A program made the position numbers and the translations under genes. DNA of 64,000 nucleotides from an uncultured Verrucomicrobiae bacterium (GTDB taxonomy: Bacteria > Verrucomicrobiota > Verrucomicrobiia > Limisphaerales > Palsa-1400): assembly GCA_963707025.1 (NCBI GenBank), contig CAVPOM010000010.1, positions 186,809 through 250,808 of the forward strand. The letters run 5' to 3'. The notes under the pieces are model-generated. The model worked only from the letters and a program-made list of their open reading frames with translations, did no database searches and had not been told where the DNA came from. Below are positions 29,443 through 41,448 of the stretch, piece after piece (position 1 is the first letter of the stretch; each line of letters starts with the position of its first letter).

Positions 29443-30706
29443 ATGTCAGGAATCCGCAAAGTCATGCTTTTGGTCGCGTCGGCGCGGGCCTCAGATCGTG
29501 CCCTGCTGCAAGGGATCGCCAATTATTCCCGGCAACACGGATCCTGGTCCTTCTATTGGGAACCGGGCCTGTCCGAAAAGGCCTGGCCGATGCTCAGGTC
29601 CATGGAGCTGGACGGCATTATCCTGCAAGACCCGGGCCAAGCGGTGGAAATCCTGCCGGCGGGGATTCCCGCGGTCGTGTTGGGATGTGGGCAAAATGAG
29701 ATGGCGGGGGTTGTCCATTTGGTGACGGATGACAGGGCGATTGGCCGCATGGGGGGGGAGCACCTTTTGGCTTGTGGGTTCCGTCATTTTGCCTATTGCG
29801 AGGCAGGGGAGAGGTGTGGAACACAGGCGGCCAGCTCTCGGCTGCGCCAGGAAGGTTTCTCGGAAGTGGCGGCGGAAGGCCGGCTGCAAATGCCACGCGC
29901 ATATCGCCTGGCGCAGGTCCGGGCAAACGATGCAACAGACACGCCAGGAGTTGGCGCGATGGTTGCTGTCCCTGCCCAGTCCGGTCGGGGTGCTGGCCGG
30001 CAGCGACGAGCAGGGCGCACAGGTCGTGGAGGCCTGCAGGCTGGCCGGCCTGCGCGTGCCGGAGGCGGTCGGAGTTTTGGGAGTGGATAACGACGAATTG
30101 CTGTGCAGCATGGGCAATCCTCCGATCTCGAGCGTGGCGGTTAATTACGAGCGGGCGGGTTACGATGCGGCCCAGGCTCTGGATGAGGCCATGCGGCTGC
30201 CAACGGCCCTTGCGGCGAAGATTATTACGGCGTCGCCAACCCATGTCATGGCGCGCCGCTCCACGGAGGCGGCGGCGGCGCAAGACCCGCATTTGGCCAG
30301 GGCCTTGCGCGTGATTCGGGACCGGGTCAGCCAACCGCTGGCGGTGGACGAAGTGGCGCGCGTGGCGGGACTTTCGCGCCGGGCGCTGGAACGGCGGTTT
30401 CGGACCGAGATTGGCCATTCCATTCTCGAAGAAATCCGGCGGTTGCGCACCGATCAGATCGCCCGCTTGCTGGTGGAATCGCGCTTGCCCATCGGGCGCA
30501 TTGCCGACGTAATGGGCTTTGAGGATGTGCAGCACTTCGCGCGCTATTTCCGCAGTTCCAGGCAGATCAGCCCGCTGGCTTACCGGCGGATGTTTGGGGC
30601 GTGCCCCGGGGCGGGTTCGGTGTCGCAAATTGGCGGAAGGTTGCCGCAAGATGGCGTTGAAGCAACCGGGCTGCGGCCTGTAGAGTTGCCCCAGTTAAGC
30701 TCGTAA
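29443..30706 (+). pseudogene. XylR-type regulator (sugar-binding plus AraC HTH), frameshifted near 29878
   Basis: N-half (GIANYS, EHLLACGFRHFAY) and C-half (VPEAVGVLGVDND, SRRALERRF, GFEDVQHFARYF) are in different frames; one extra base in GAA-G-GCC. Confidence 0.85.
30624..30686 (+). promoter_or_regulatory. Tandem direct repeat (21-bp period) plus putative promoter of the LamG gene
   Basis: CGCAAATTGGCG and CGCAAGATGGCG, then TTGAAG-18bp-TAGAGT. Confidence 0.6.
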
Positions 30707-30772
30707 GCAGGATTTCATCAATCTGGTCTCTTAAATTCGTTCAACATCCAGTCCAAAGAACTAACACAAAAT

Positions 30773-33751
30773 ATGAAAATCCACCTCCGTAAAGGTTGTC
30801 TCACGGTCTTTTCCAGTTGCGCGGTGCTCTTGGCGGCGCAATTGGCGGCAATGGCCGGGGGAAGCGTGACCCACCGCTATAGTTTCTTCAACATGCCCGA
30901 CGGATCCGTTCCTCTGGACTCGGTCGGCAGCGCCAATGGAACGAATCTCGGCACCGCCCAAGTGGTCGGCGGCCAGTTGGATTTGGATGGGGCGGCCGGC
31001 GATTATGTGCAACTGCCGGCCGGCATCATCACCAACGACCAGGCGGTCACGATCGAGGCTTGGGCCACCTACCCACCGCTGGGCACCGGGGGCCAGGGCG
31101 TTTGGGCGAATCTGTTCGACTTTGGCGCGCCGGGCGTGGTGGATGCCGGCAGATCGGACGCCTATAGCGTCTCGTTTTGTGTCAATTCGGGAGGAACCAG
31201 CCAGGACATCGCCGGCATCAGTGATTTCGATGATGCCAACGTGAACCGTCAGAATTGCCTGACCTCGGGCAACCCGCTGGCCGACCAGGCCCTGGTGCCC
31301 GGGACTTATGTCGCCGTGGTTTTCAATCCTCCTGGCGGCTACTCGGCGATCTATGTCAATGGCACGCTGGTGGGAAAACTCTACGGGCTGACCAACACGA
31401 TAACTCCCGGCGTGCGGGACGTGAGCAACCTGATTGGCTATGACAACTGGCCGGACGCCACCATGGAGGGCTTTATCCAGGAGTTCCGCATTTGGAACGG
31501 CGCCCTGAGCCCGCTGGAAATCGCCGCCAGCTACCAGAACGGATCGAATAACATTATCACCAACGCCGGCACGATTACCAGCATCCAATTGCAGCCTCTC
31601 GTCGCGATGGTTTTTGGAGGACGCCAGCAGGCGGCGGTAACGGGCACGGCCTCGTTAATCACCAACACGGTGGATCTGACGGGCTTTTGCACTTATACCT
31701 CCGGCAACACTCATACCGTCACGGTTGACACCAATGGCGTCATCCGTGCCGTGGGCGTGGGCACCACCACCATCACCGCGTCCAACGCCGCCCTGTCCTC
31801 CGTGCAATCCGTCACGGTCAACGCGCCGGCGCTGGTCATGACCCACCGCTATAGCTTTGCCACCGATGCCTCCGATTCGGTTGGCACCAACAACGGAGCC
31901 CTGATGGGAACCGCCGCCGTCAGCGGGGGGAAGTTGGTGCTGGACGGCACCACGGGCTGTTATTTGGACCTGAACACAAACCTGGTGAATGGAACCTCCT
32001 ACGGGGGCATCATTTCAAGCTATCCATCGGCCACGATTGACTACTGGGCCACGTTTACCACCCTGCAAAACTGGAGTTACGTCTGGGCCTTTGGCAGCAG
32101 CCCCAACGGCGCCGGCGTAAACTATATTCACAACGTGCCCCGGAATGCCGCCCCCCAGCATAGGATTGACCACACCAGTTCCGTCGGCGGCGCGAACTTC
32201 AACATGGCCGGGGATTTTCAAAACGAAACGGTCCACTGCACCACGGTGGTGGATCCCAACAGCGGCATCCTGGCCGTCTTCACCAACGGCGTTCTGAGCG
32301 GCGTGAGCCACGCGGACTCTGGGGCGCTGACCGGCATTGCCACCAACCTGGTTTACATTGGCCGTTCGCTCTGGACCTCCGCCGGCCCGCTGGGCACGGG
32401 GGATCCGTATCTGTTGGGCAGCGTTGACGAATTCCGCGTTTACAGCGGCACCATGACCCCGGTGCAAATCGCCATGGCCGACCTCTCCGGCCCCGATAAC
32501 ATCAATATTGACCCCGGCGCGCTGCAAAACATCGCGATCGCGCTCCCAGCCAGCATCGAAATGGGACAGGGCGTGGTGGGCGGCTTGATCGCGAATTACG
32601 CCAACCTGCCTAATTACAATGTGGGGTTGAGCATCCTGACCAACAACGGCGTCGTTTTCACCTCCACCGATTCCAACGTTGTGTCGTTCGCCGGCGGCAG
32701 GATCCAAGCCCACAATGTGGGGAGTGCGACCGTCACCGCCACTTACCTGGGTTTAACCAGCAGCCAATTGGTGACCGTAACACGTCCGCCCATCCCGGTC
32801 TTGGTTCACCAATACACGTTCCACGATGCTCCGGGCAGCACGACTGCGGCCGACACGATCGGGGGCGCGGCCTTCGCCGGCACCCTGCCCAACGGCGGCA
32901 CTTTCACCGGCACCCAGCTCATGTTAGAGGCCAGCAACAACCCGTCTGGAGACGGCGTCACCTTCCTGCCGCAATATGTCCAACTGCCGGTGGGAATCCT
33001 TGCCTCCAATGGGACCGGCACTTCCTACCCGGCGGTGACGATTCAGTTCTGGGCCAGCTTCACTAACACCAACGGGGCGGGCGGCATCTCGCTGCCCATC
33101 CCGGGCAACTCCCAGGTCTTCGCTTTCGGCAACACCGATGCCGGTGGCGCGGGAGATTACTACCTGTTCGCCGCGCCGCAGGGTGGACGCATGGCCATCA
33201 GCGATGCCGACCCGGGCTATAATGACGAGCAGGGTTCTGGCGGCGCCGGCAACTGGAGCGGCAAGACCAACTTCCAAGTCACGATTGTTTTTGATTGCCC
33301 GGCACACTACGATGCCATCTACACCAATGGCGTCTTCGTATCCGCCGATACATCCGTTACCATTAACATGTCTTCGGTGACCACCAATGACGTGCTCAAC
33401 TACCTCAACCATTCGCTCTATACGGGTGATCCCCATTACAGCATGACCTTTAGTGAATTCCGCATTTACAACGGGTCGTTGCTGGCGGATGAAATAGCCG
33501 CCACCCAGGTCTTGGGATCCGGCGCCGTGCTCACGCCGACCAATCGGGTGGCGGCGGGGGCCTCGATTTCCGGCACCAACGCCGTGTTGTCGTGGCCGCT
33601 CACCTCCGCCGGTTTGCATGTCGAGTCAAGCCCGACCGTGAGCGGCGCGGTCTGGACGCCATTTGATGCAACGCCGACGATTGTCGGTAATCAATTCCAA
33701 GTGTCCATCGCTCCCACCGGGACAGCGAATTACTTCCGGTTGAAGAGATGA
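30773..33751 (+). CDS. Secreted protein with three LamG-like jelly-roll domains, Ig-like spacers and a YFRL C-terminal domain
   Basis: Signal peptide; three H(R/Q)Y(S/T)F...EFR(I/V)(W/Y) units; no catalytic motif recognised. Confidence 0.85.
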   Translation: MKIHLRKGCLTVFSSCAVLLAAQLAAMAGGSVTHRYSFFNMPDGSVPLDSVGSANGTNLGTAQVVGGQLDLDGAAGDYVQLPAGIITNDQAVTIEAWATYPPLGTGGQGVWANLFDFGAPGVVDAGRSDAYSVSFCVNSGGTSQDIAGISDFDDANVNRQNCLTSGNPLADQALVPGTYVAVVFNPPGGYSAIYVNGTLVGKLYGLTNTITPGVRDVSNLIGYDNWPDATMEGFIQEFRIWNGALSPLEIAASYQNGSNNIITNAGTITSIQLQPLVAMVFGGRQQAAVTGTASLITNTVDLTGFCTYTSGNTHTVTVDTNGVIRAVGVGTTTITASNAALSSVQSVTVNAPALVMTHRYSFATDASDSVGTNNGALMGTAAVSGGKLVLDGTTGCYLDLNTNLVNGTSYGGIISSYPSATIDYWATFTTLQNWSYVWAFGSSPNGAGVNYIHNVPRNAAPQHRIDHTSSVGGANFNMAGDFQNETVHCTTVVDPNSGILAVFTNGVLSGVSHADSGALTGIATNLVYIGRSLWTSAGPLGTGDPYLLGSVDEFRVYSGTMTPVQIAMADLSGPDNINIDPGALQNIAIALPASIEMGQGVVGGLIANYANLPNYNVGLSILTNNGVVFTSTDSNVVSFAGGRIQAHNVGSATVTATYLGLTSSQLVTVTRPPIPVLVHQYTFHDAPGSTTAADTIGGAAFAGTLPNGGTFTGTQLMLEASNNPSGDGVTFLPQYVQLPVGILASNGTGTSYPAVTIQFWASFTNTNGAGGISLPIPGNSQVFAFGNTDAGGAGDYYLFAAPQGGRMAISDADPGYNDEQGSGGAGNWSGKTNFQVTIVFDCPAHYDAIYTNGVFVSADTSVTINMSSVTTNDVLNYLNHSLYTGDPHYSMTFSEFRIYNGSLLADEIAATQVLGSGAVLTPTNRVAAGASISGTNAVLSWPLTSAGLHVESSPTVSGAVWTPFDATPTIVGNQFQVSIAPTGTANYFRLKR

Positions 33752-33868
33752 CAAAGCGGGTGAGACCCGGCTGGGCGATTGCTCAGGGCGCGGGCGGCAT
33801 GCAGCTGGCGGGCCGCCCACGCTTTTAAGCAGCGGGGAAATGGAGGTTTTGCCGGTTGGCTGGCCGGT

Positions 33869-33897
33869 TTGTGAAGACATGCAGTGTGTGGTATAAT
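33869..33897 (+). promoter_or_regulatory. Sigma70-type promoter, probably leaderless
   Basis: TTGTGA-17bp-TATAAT with extended TG; ATG lies 7 nt after the -10. Confidence 0.6.
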
Positions 33898-33903
33898 GAT
33901 GTT

Positions 33904-34746
<843 letters not shown>

Positions 34747-34987
34747 GCCTCTCCAGCGGACAGGCGGAGCCGCACCATGGCCGGCCCGCTTCGCTTCGCT
34801 CTGGCGCGGCCCCGACTGATCGGTTGTTCCAAATCGGCTTACCATGGACTCCACCCGCCGGTCTCCCAGGGAGCGCCTTTCACTTCTTTCCCCGCTGCTT
34901 TGCCTTGGGCGGGATTTGAGCGATTCATGCGATTGAGAATTGGTCATTGAGGATTGGTCAACCTGTTCTGGCCGAGGTTTCCATATT

Positions 34988-35050
34988 CGCAAAATGGCGG
35001 TTTTTTTGCGCGAAGTGGCGTTGTTTCCGGGTAGCGGCCGCCGGTAATCT
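34988..35050 (+). promoter_or_regulatory. Tandem direct repeat (21-bp period) plus putative promoter of the GH51 gene
   Basis: CGCAAAATGGCG and CGCGAAGTGGCG, then TTGTTT-18bp-TAATCT. Confidence 0.6.
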
Positions 35051-35353
35051 TCACGCGGTTGGAAGTTTGCAGGCGGTGGTTGGGCTGGCTGAGGCAGGCT
35101 CGGCTGGGGGCGAGGCTGTCCCCCACCCCGCTCGACACCGATATCAGGCTCAATGGATGGAAGAAATCCGGGGTGCAAGCCCGGGTCACAACCCTGGCCT
35201 GCGCCGACGCTGAGGCGGAAAACCTCCTGCACAAGCCCGAAGTCGTCCACCCGCGCAGTGGAGAATTCACTGGCATTGCGCCGCAGTTCGATTATATGCT
35301 TGCGCTAAATTCGCTCACGACCCTGCGCATTCCGCAACAATGAATCTGGCCAG

Positions 35354-38300
35354 ATGTTCCGCCTTCCTATCCGCAGTGAACTCGCACGACACCAACTCTT
35401 GAAAACTTCCACTCTGCTTTTGGCGTTAGTTTCCGCGCTGGGCGTCACGCCGGCGCCGGGCAGACGCTCAACCTGACCCACCGCTACAGTTTTAACGGCA
35501 ACGCCAACGACCTGGCCGGCACGGCCAACGGGACGTTGCAGGGCGGGGCCGTCATTTCGAACAACGCCCTGGTGCTGGATGGCGTCAACAGTTATCTGGC
35601 GCTGCCGGCCAACGTCGTCACCAATTACACGGCCATTACCCTGGAGGCGTGGGTCACCGATCATGGCAGCGGAGCCTGGGCGCGCATCTTTGATTTTGGC
35701 AACAACACCGCCGATTACATGTTTCTGGCGCTGCCGGCCGGCGGCGGCAATTTGCGCGGCGCTTACACCACCAGCGGCAACGGGGGGGAACAGGTCCTGC
35801 AGTGGCCCGGTGGCCAGGCCGTCGGCCAGGAATCTCATATCGTGTGGACCACCGACAGCGCAACTCAGTTGGGTTTGCTCTATGTCAACGGTGTGCCGGT
35901 GGGCGCCAATTCGGGCATGACGCTGACGCCCGCCGCCCTGGGCCCAACTGTCAACAATTGGATCGGCCGCTCTCAATTCAGCCCCGACGCCTATTTCCAA
36001 GGCTCGATTGACGAATTCCGCATCTACAACGCGGCCCTGTCGTCGAATGCGGTTTTACAGGATTACCTGCTCGGGCCGGATGCGCTGGGCGCCGGCCCCG
36101 TCTATTTTTTGGCGCAACCGCAAAGCCAAACGGTGGTCCAGGCCCGCAGCGTGACGTTCAGCGCCGTGGTCGGCGGCATGCCTCCCTACTCCCTGCAATG
36201 GTATCGCAACAGCGCGCCCCTGGCCGGAGCGACCAACCAGACGCTGACCTTTACCGCCGCGCTGACGGACAGCAACGCGAATTACCGGCTTTGGGCCACC
36301 AACATTTACACGAACACCGTTTTCGTCGCCGCGAGCAGCAACGCCGTGCTGACCGTCACCGCCGACACGGTGCCGCCGGTCCTGTTGGGCGCCCAAAGCG
36401 TCTCCACCAACACCATTGAACTGGTTTTCTCAAAACCGCTCAGCGCCGCCACGGCGACGAACCTGGCCAACTATGCCATCATCGGTCCGGCCGGACTGGT
36501 GAGCATCACCGCGGCCACTTTGGACGCCACCGGAAGCAACGTCACGCTCGCCATTCCGCCGCTGGTTTTCGGCGCCAGCTACACCGTGACGGTCAACGGC
36601 GTCACGGATCTGGCCGGCAATCTAATCGCGGCGGGCAGCCAGGCGACCGTCATCTATGTGCCCAATGTCATCACCGTCCAGGCCGATCAGCCCGGCGTGA
36701 CGATAAGTTCCAACCTTTTTGGCATCTTCTTCGAGGAACTCAGCTCGGCCGGGGACGGCGGCCTTTACGCCGAACTGGTGCGCAACCGCTCGTTCGAGGA
36801 TAACACGAACGCGGATTACTGGACCCTGGTCACCAGCGGCACGGCCGCCGGCACGATGGCTCTGGACACGTCCCTGCCCTTGAGTTCGAGCAACCACACT
36901 TCCCTGCGCCTGACGCTGGCCGGCGGCGCTGGAACCGTGGGCGCGGCCAACAGCGGTTATTGGGGCATCCCGGTAACTTCAGGCGCGCAGTATAACCTCG
37001 GCTTTTACGCCCGCTGTTCGAGCGGTTTCTCCGGCTCGATCACCGCCTCGCTGGAAAGTTCCAGCGGGTCCGCCGTCTATGCCTCGTCTCCCGCGACCGG
37101 GGTGACGACCGGGTGGTCGCACTTTACGGCGCAGTTCACGCCCAACGCCACCGACCCGGCGGCCCGCCTGGTTCTGCGCATTTCCCAGCCCGGGACGGTC
37201 TGGCTGGATTTCGTTTCCCTGTTTCCCGCGCAGACTTTCCACAACCGCGCCAACGGATTGCGACCGGACCTGGCCAACATGCTGGTCAACCTGCACCCGT
37301 CCTTCGTGCGTTTCCCCGGCGGCGCCTGGGTGGACGGATCGGGTGTGGCCGACTTCTACAATTGGGAAGTCACGGTCGGGGACCCGGCCGACCGCCAGCC
37401 GCGCTGGGACCTCTGGGGTTACATGGTGGATAACGGCCTGGGCTACCATGAATATCTTCAAATGTGCGAAGATTTGGGGGCGGTCCCGCTCTTCGCGGTC
37501 AATTGCGGCATGGATTATTCCATTGCGGTCGCGACCAACCAACTTGGCCCCTACATTCAGGAAGCGCTGGACGCGATTGCCTACGCGAACGGGGACACGA
37601 ACAGCTTGTGGGGCGCGCAACGCGCGGCCAACGGCCACCCGGCCCCGTTCAACCTCCAATACATGGAAATCGGCAACGAAAACGGGGGCGCCGACTACAA
37701 CACCCATTACGCCATGTTTTACGACGCCATCAAGGCGCAGTATCCCCAGATCAAGCTCATCGCCACCTCCACCGTCAGCTCCCGTCCGATGGACGTGGTG
37801 GACGAGCATTATTACCCCGACCCGACATTTTTCGAGCAGCAATCCACCCGGTACGACAGCTACAGCCGGACCGGGCCGAAGGTTTTCGTGGGCGAGTACG
37901 CCGTCACCAGCGGTTCGGGCAATGGCAATCTGGCGGGGGCGCTGGGGGAGGCCGCCTTCATGACCGGGATGGAACGGAATTCGGATGTGGTCATCATGGC
38001 TTCTTACGCGCCCTTGTTCGCCAACTTGAACAACAAGGACTGGAACCCGGATTTGATCTATTTTACCGGCACCCAGGCGTACGGCACGCCTTCCTATTAC
38101 GTGCAGCAGATGTTCAGCTTGAATCGCGGCGACGTGGTTCTGCCCACCGCGGTGGTGGCGCCCGCCACGGCCAGCACGAACCACGGCGCGATTGGCTTGG
38201 GCACCTGGAATACACAATCGGCCTACTGCAACCTCATCGCTACGGCGGGTTCGACCTTGCTCTATGAGAGCGATTTCACCACCCCGGCGGGCACCAACGG

Positions 38301-39483
38301 GTGGCAGTTCGGCACCGGCGCCTGGGTGACGACCAACGGGTTGTTCGAGCAAACCGCCGGCGGAACCGATAATACGGCCACCTATGGCAGCACGACCTGG
38401 AACAATTATACCTACACGTTGCGCGCGATGAAGCTGGGCGGCAGCGAAGGGTTCCTGATCATGTTCAACGTGCTGGACAGCAATAATTACATGTGGTGGA
38501 ACATCGGCGGCTGGGGCAACACCCAAACCGGCATCGAGTGGGCGCAGAACGGCGCGAAAAGCCTGCTCGCTTCTGTTCCCATGACGATCAACACCAACCA
38601 GTGGTACAATATTGCCATCGAATTGAGCGATCACATCCGCTGCTATCTTGATGGCGTGTTGATCCACGACGTGTCGAGCGCCCCGGTGGCGCTCTACGCC
38701 TCGAGCAGCTACTCGATCTCCAACGGCCAGGTGATCGTCAAGGCGGTCAATGTCACCGGGTCGCCGGTCACCACCGAACTCCGCCTCAACGCCGCGCGCG
38801 GCCTGGCGCCCAGCGCCACGGCCACCGTCCTCACTTCGGCCAGCCCGCTCGACGAGAATTCCCTCGCCCAGCCGAATAACGTGGGGCCAGCCACCTCCGC
38901 GCTTGCTGGCGTCTCCGCTGATTTTGCGCACACATTCCCGGCCAATTCGCTCTCGGTCCTGCGGCTTCAGGAACAGCCGGATTCCCCGGTGGGTGTTTCG
39001 CTCAACAGCCCGACGAATCAACTGGCCCTGGCCAGCCTCTCCAATGGCATCCCGCTCACGCTCAGTTCCTTCATTACCAACACGGTGTCGGTCAACTACA
39101 CGGTGGACGGGCCGGGCGGAGTGGTGGCGCGCGGCACGCTGACGTTTGCGCCGGGTGACCTGGGCAAAGTGATCCTGCTCTCCATCCCAAATCTGCAAAG
39201 TTACAATGTATTGCGTGTGACCTTGAGTAATCCGGTCAACGGCCGGCTCACCGGCCTCACGCGGGCGTACTATGTCAACCTGCCGGGTGGAGGTGGCGCG
39301 CCTTTGCTGGGTCTGGCACAGTTCCCCGATCAAACCGTGCTCTACTGGAGCGATGCCACGTCCGCCCTGCAACGCGCCGGCCACCTTCCGGGGCTTTGGA
39401 CCACGATGTCCAACCTGCCCAGTCCCGCGATCATCACCCTCACCAACGCGCAACAGTACTTTCGCCTCCAGCGCCCGCAGTAA
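35354..39483 (+). CDS. Multidomain secreted GH51 alpha-L-arabinofuranosidase (LamG, Ig, CBM-like); apparent frameshift in the signal peptide near 35448
   Basis: GIFFEE, GGLYAELVRNRSFE, RFPGG, EIGNENG, DEHYY, FVGEYA, ERNSDVV, SYAPL; signal peptide KTSTLLLALVSALGVT is out of frame with AGAGQTLNLTHRYSF. Confidence 0.9.
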
Positions 39484-39506
39484 CTCACCCTGATTGGGTG
39501 AGTTTT
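39482..39506 (+). terminator. Rho-independent terminator
   Basis: AACTCACCC-TGATT-GGGTGAGTT followed by T residues, directly at the GH51 stop. Confidence 0.65.
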
Positions 39507-39533
39507 CGGGAGCGCGACCGCCTCCGCGAACAG

Positions 39534-39731
39534 TGAGGGTGCCTCGATTTGACGGACAGAGAATCGGGTGAACCATGAAAGGAAAAGCCCATGAAAGAAA
39601 CATCTGTCCCGGAGCGCCGGAAATTCGACGAAACATTCAAACGCGAAGCGGTTCTGAACTGGCTCCATCGCGGCAAGTCCGCGACGGTGGTGGGAGAGGA
39701 AACGCCGTGCAGATCTTCGTGCGGCACTTGA
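39534..39731 (+). mobile_element. IS3-family remnant (left end plus truncated OrfA)
   Basis: 39591-39731 reads MKETSVPERRKFDETFKREAVLNWLHRGKSATVVGEE; TG-initiated end at 39534; no OrfB. Confidence 0.65.
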
Positions 39732-40053
39732 ACGCGCCCGCAAATCACCCGGCTGCGCGTCTGCCGCAGGCAGGCGGCCCTCGATAACGCCAAACCGGGC
39801 CCGTGGACGGGTTTTTGGCAAGGACAGCCCGCGCTGAAGCCCAAGCCCAAGAACAATTGAAAACCGCCTCTCCGTCTGATTTCCTTGCGATTCCCGGTTG
39901 TACTGTGGCATGTTCCTTCGTGTTTTATGTGCGTTTTGAAGACAGAATTTAGTCCCCGTTTTCACACCATCCTCCTGCTTGATCAGGTGCCCTCAGGGGC
40001 GATCATCGGAAAATGGACTTCTGTAAGTTGTTCAAAATCACCAATTCCACGAC

Positions 40054-40130
40054 GCATCCGTAGCTCAATTGGATAGAGCTTCTGACTTCGGATCAGAAGG
40101 TTGGGGGTTCAAGTCCCTCCGGATGCACCA
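40054..40130 (+). tRNA. tRNA-Arg, anticodon TCG
   Basis: GCATCCG/CGGATGC acceptor stem, TCTGA-CT-TCG-GA-TCAGA anticodon arm, GGTTCAAGTCC, encoded CCA. Confidence 0.97.
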
Positions 40131-40191
40131 CTTTTACGAGGTAAACGCGATGATTGACAAAAGTCACGCAGTGGAAGGCCACGATTCGGGA

Positions 40192-40416
40192 TCATTTGCC
40201 CGAACTGTTCGAGCCTGGGCAACCGGGCACGGAGGACCAGGAGCAGTTGGTTGCGCAATGCTCGTTGCCTTTGCGCCAGCCCTCCACGTGGCACGGGTGG
40301 AGCAGTCCCGTTTCCAGGAACAGTTCCAGCGGGCCGACGCTGCCGCTTCGTTTCAAGGCCGCCTCGGCCGCGCGCTGGACGGGCTCCTGGAAGTTGCTGT
40401 AGTGGAAGCCAGCCAT
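40192..40416 (-). pseudogene. Truncated gene fragment resembling the N-terminus of DUF2293-associated proteins
   Basis: VQRAAEAALKRSGSVGPLELF...GLLHP.HVEGWRKG, then similarity is lost; family recalled from memory only. Confidence 0.35.
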
Positions 40417-40474
40417 TTGGCGTGTTTTCTTTCGTTGCTCACTTCGCAAAATCCTTCGCCGCGCGCCCAACCAT

Positions 40475-41413
40475 TCATTTTTTTGCGGCCTTTGCTTTGG
40501 GCGTTCGTGACCATTTCGCCCATCGTGCCCTGGCGGCGGCGACAAGTCGGGCACGGATGGCCGGACTCAATCGCCGATGGGCCTTTCGTTTCGCTGGAGG
40601 TTTCCGCGTCGGTGCCGGGGTTGGAGCTGGAACTGGACTCGGGGTCGCGGCGGGAAGCTCAACGGCAGGCACGGAAACTGCGGATGCTGGCGCCAGTTCG
40701 ATGCCAAAAACATCGGCCACCTCGGAATCACTCATGGCAGGAGCCGCGCCGGCCTTGCCGGCGGTCTGGCGCACGGCTTCGGCGGCGGAAGCTTTGCTGA
40801 TGAGATCGGCAGGATCCACGCCCCGGAGCAGAAAAAGGAGCGCGGGGTTTTGGTCGAGCTTGGCGCCCACGCCATAAAGCGATGCGGCCACATGCTTGCA
40901 CAAGTCAGCCCAGTCCGGGCAGGAACAGTTCAGGTCAATTTCCTGCGGCGCCGGAAACAGGCCCCGCTCATGCCGGGTCACGATCTGCATGACGGCCGAG
41001 GAAAGCTTGCCCTGAAGCAATTCAATCAGGGAATCAATCTTCCCCGCGCATTCGGTCTGGATGGATTTCCACAGAGTTGACGACAGCGGTTTGATTTTGA
41101 TCTCAATCTTGTAGAGTTCGGACCCGGAGACCAACGCGGTCACGTTTCCTTTGCTGATCTGCAAATCCACCACCGAGCCGTTGCGCACGTAGGTGCGTCC
41201 GCGAGGGAGGCGGTTTTCATAATCGCTGTAAGCCTCCAGGTTGTCGCACCACGCCTTGCCCCAAAAGGTCGTGGCAATTTTTCGGCCGTCCAGCACCACC
41301 GGCGAGGCGGCCCGTCCGGTCTTCCTGGCCAGTTTTGACAATGCGCGCGCGGCCTTGGCCCTTCGCTCGGCCACGGAGACATAAGGCCGCCAACCAAAAT
41401 ATCCCCAGCTCAT
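40475..41413 (-). CDS. SWIM zinc-finger protein with Ala/Pro/Lys/Arg-rich tail
   Basis: WGKAWC, RLPRGRTYVRNG, CSCPDWADLCKH. Confidence 0.92.
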   Translation of the reverse strand: MSWGYFGWRPYVSVAERRAKAARALSKLARKTGRAASPVVLDGRKIATTFWGKAWCDNLEAYSDYENRLPRGRTYVRNGSVVDLQISKGNVTALVSGSELYKIEIKIKPLSSTLWKSIQTECAGKIDSLIELLQGKLSSAVMQIVTRHERGLFPAPQEIDLNCSCPDWADLCKHVAASLYGVGAKLDQNPALLFLLRGVDPADLISKASAAEAVRQTAGKAGAAPAMSDSEVADVFGIELAPASAVSVPAVELPAATPSPVPAPTPAPTRKPPAKRKAHRRLSPAIRARLVAAARARWAKWSRTPKAKAAKK

Positions 41414-41448
41414 GGTATTTTTTGTGTTATGTTCATGCGCCAAGACGC

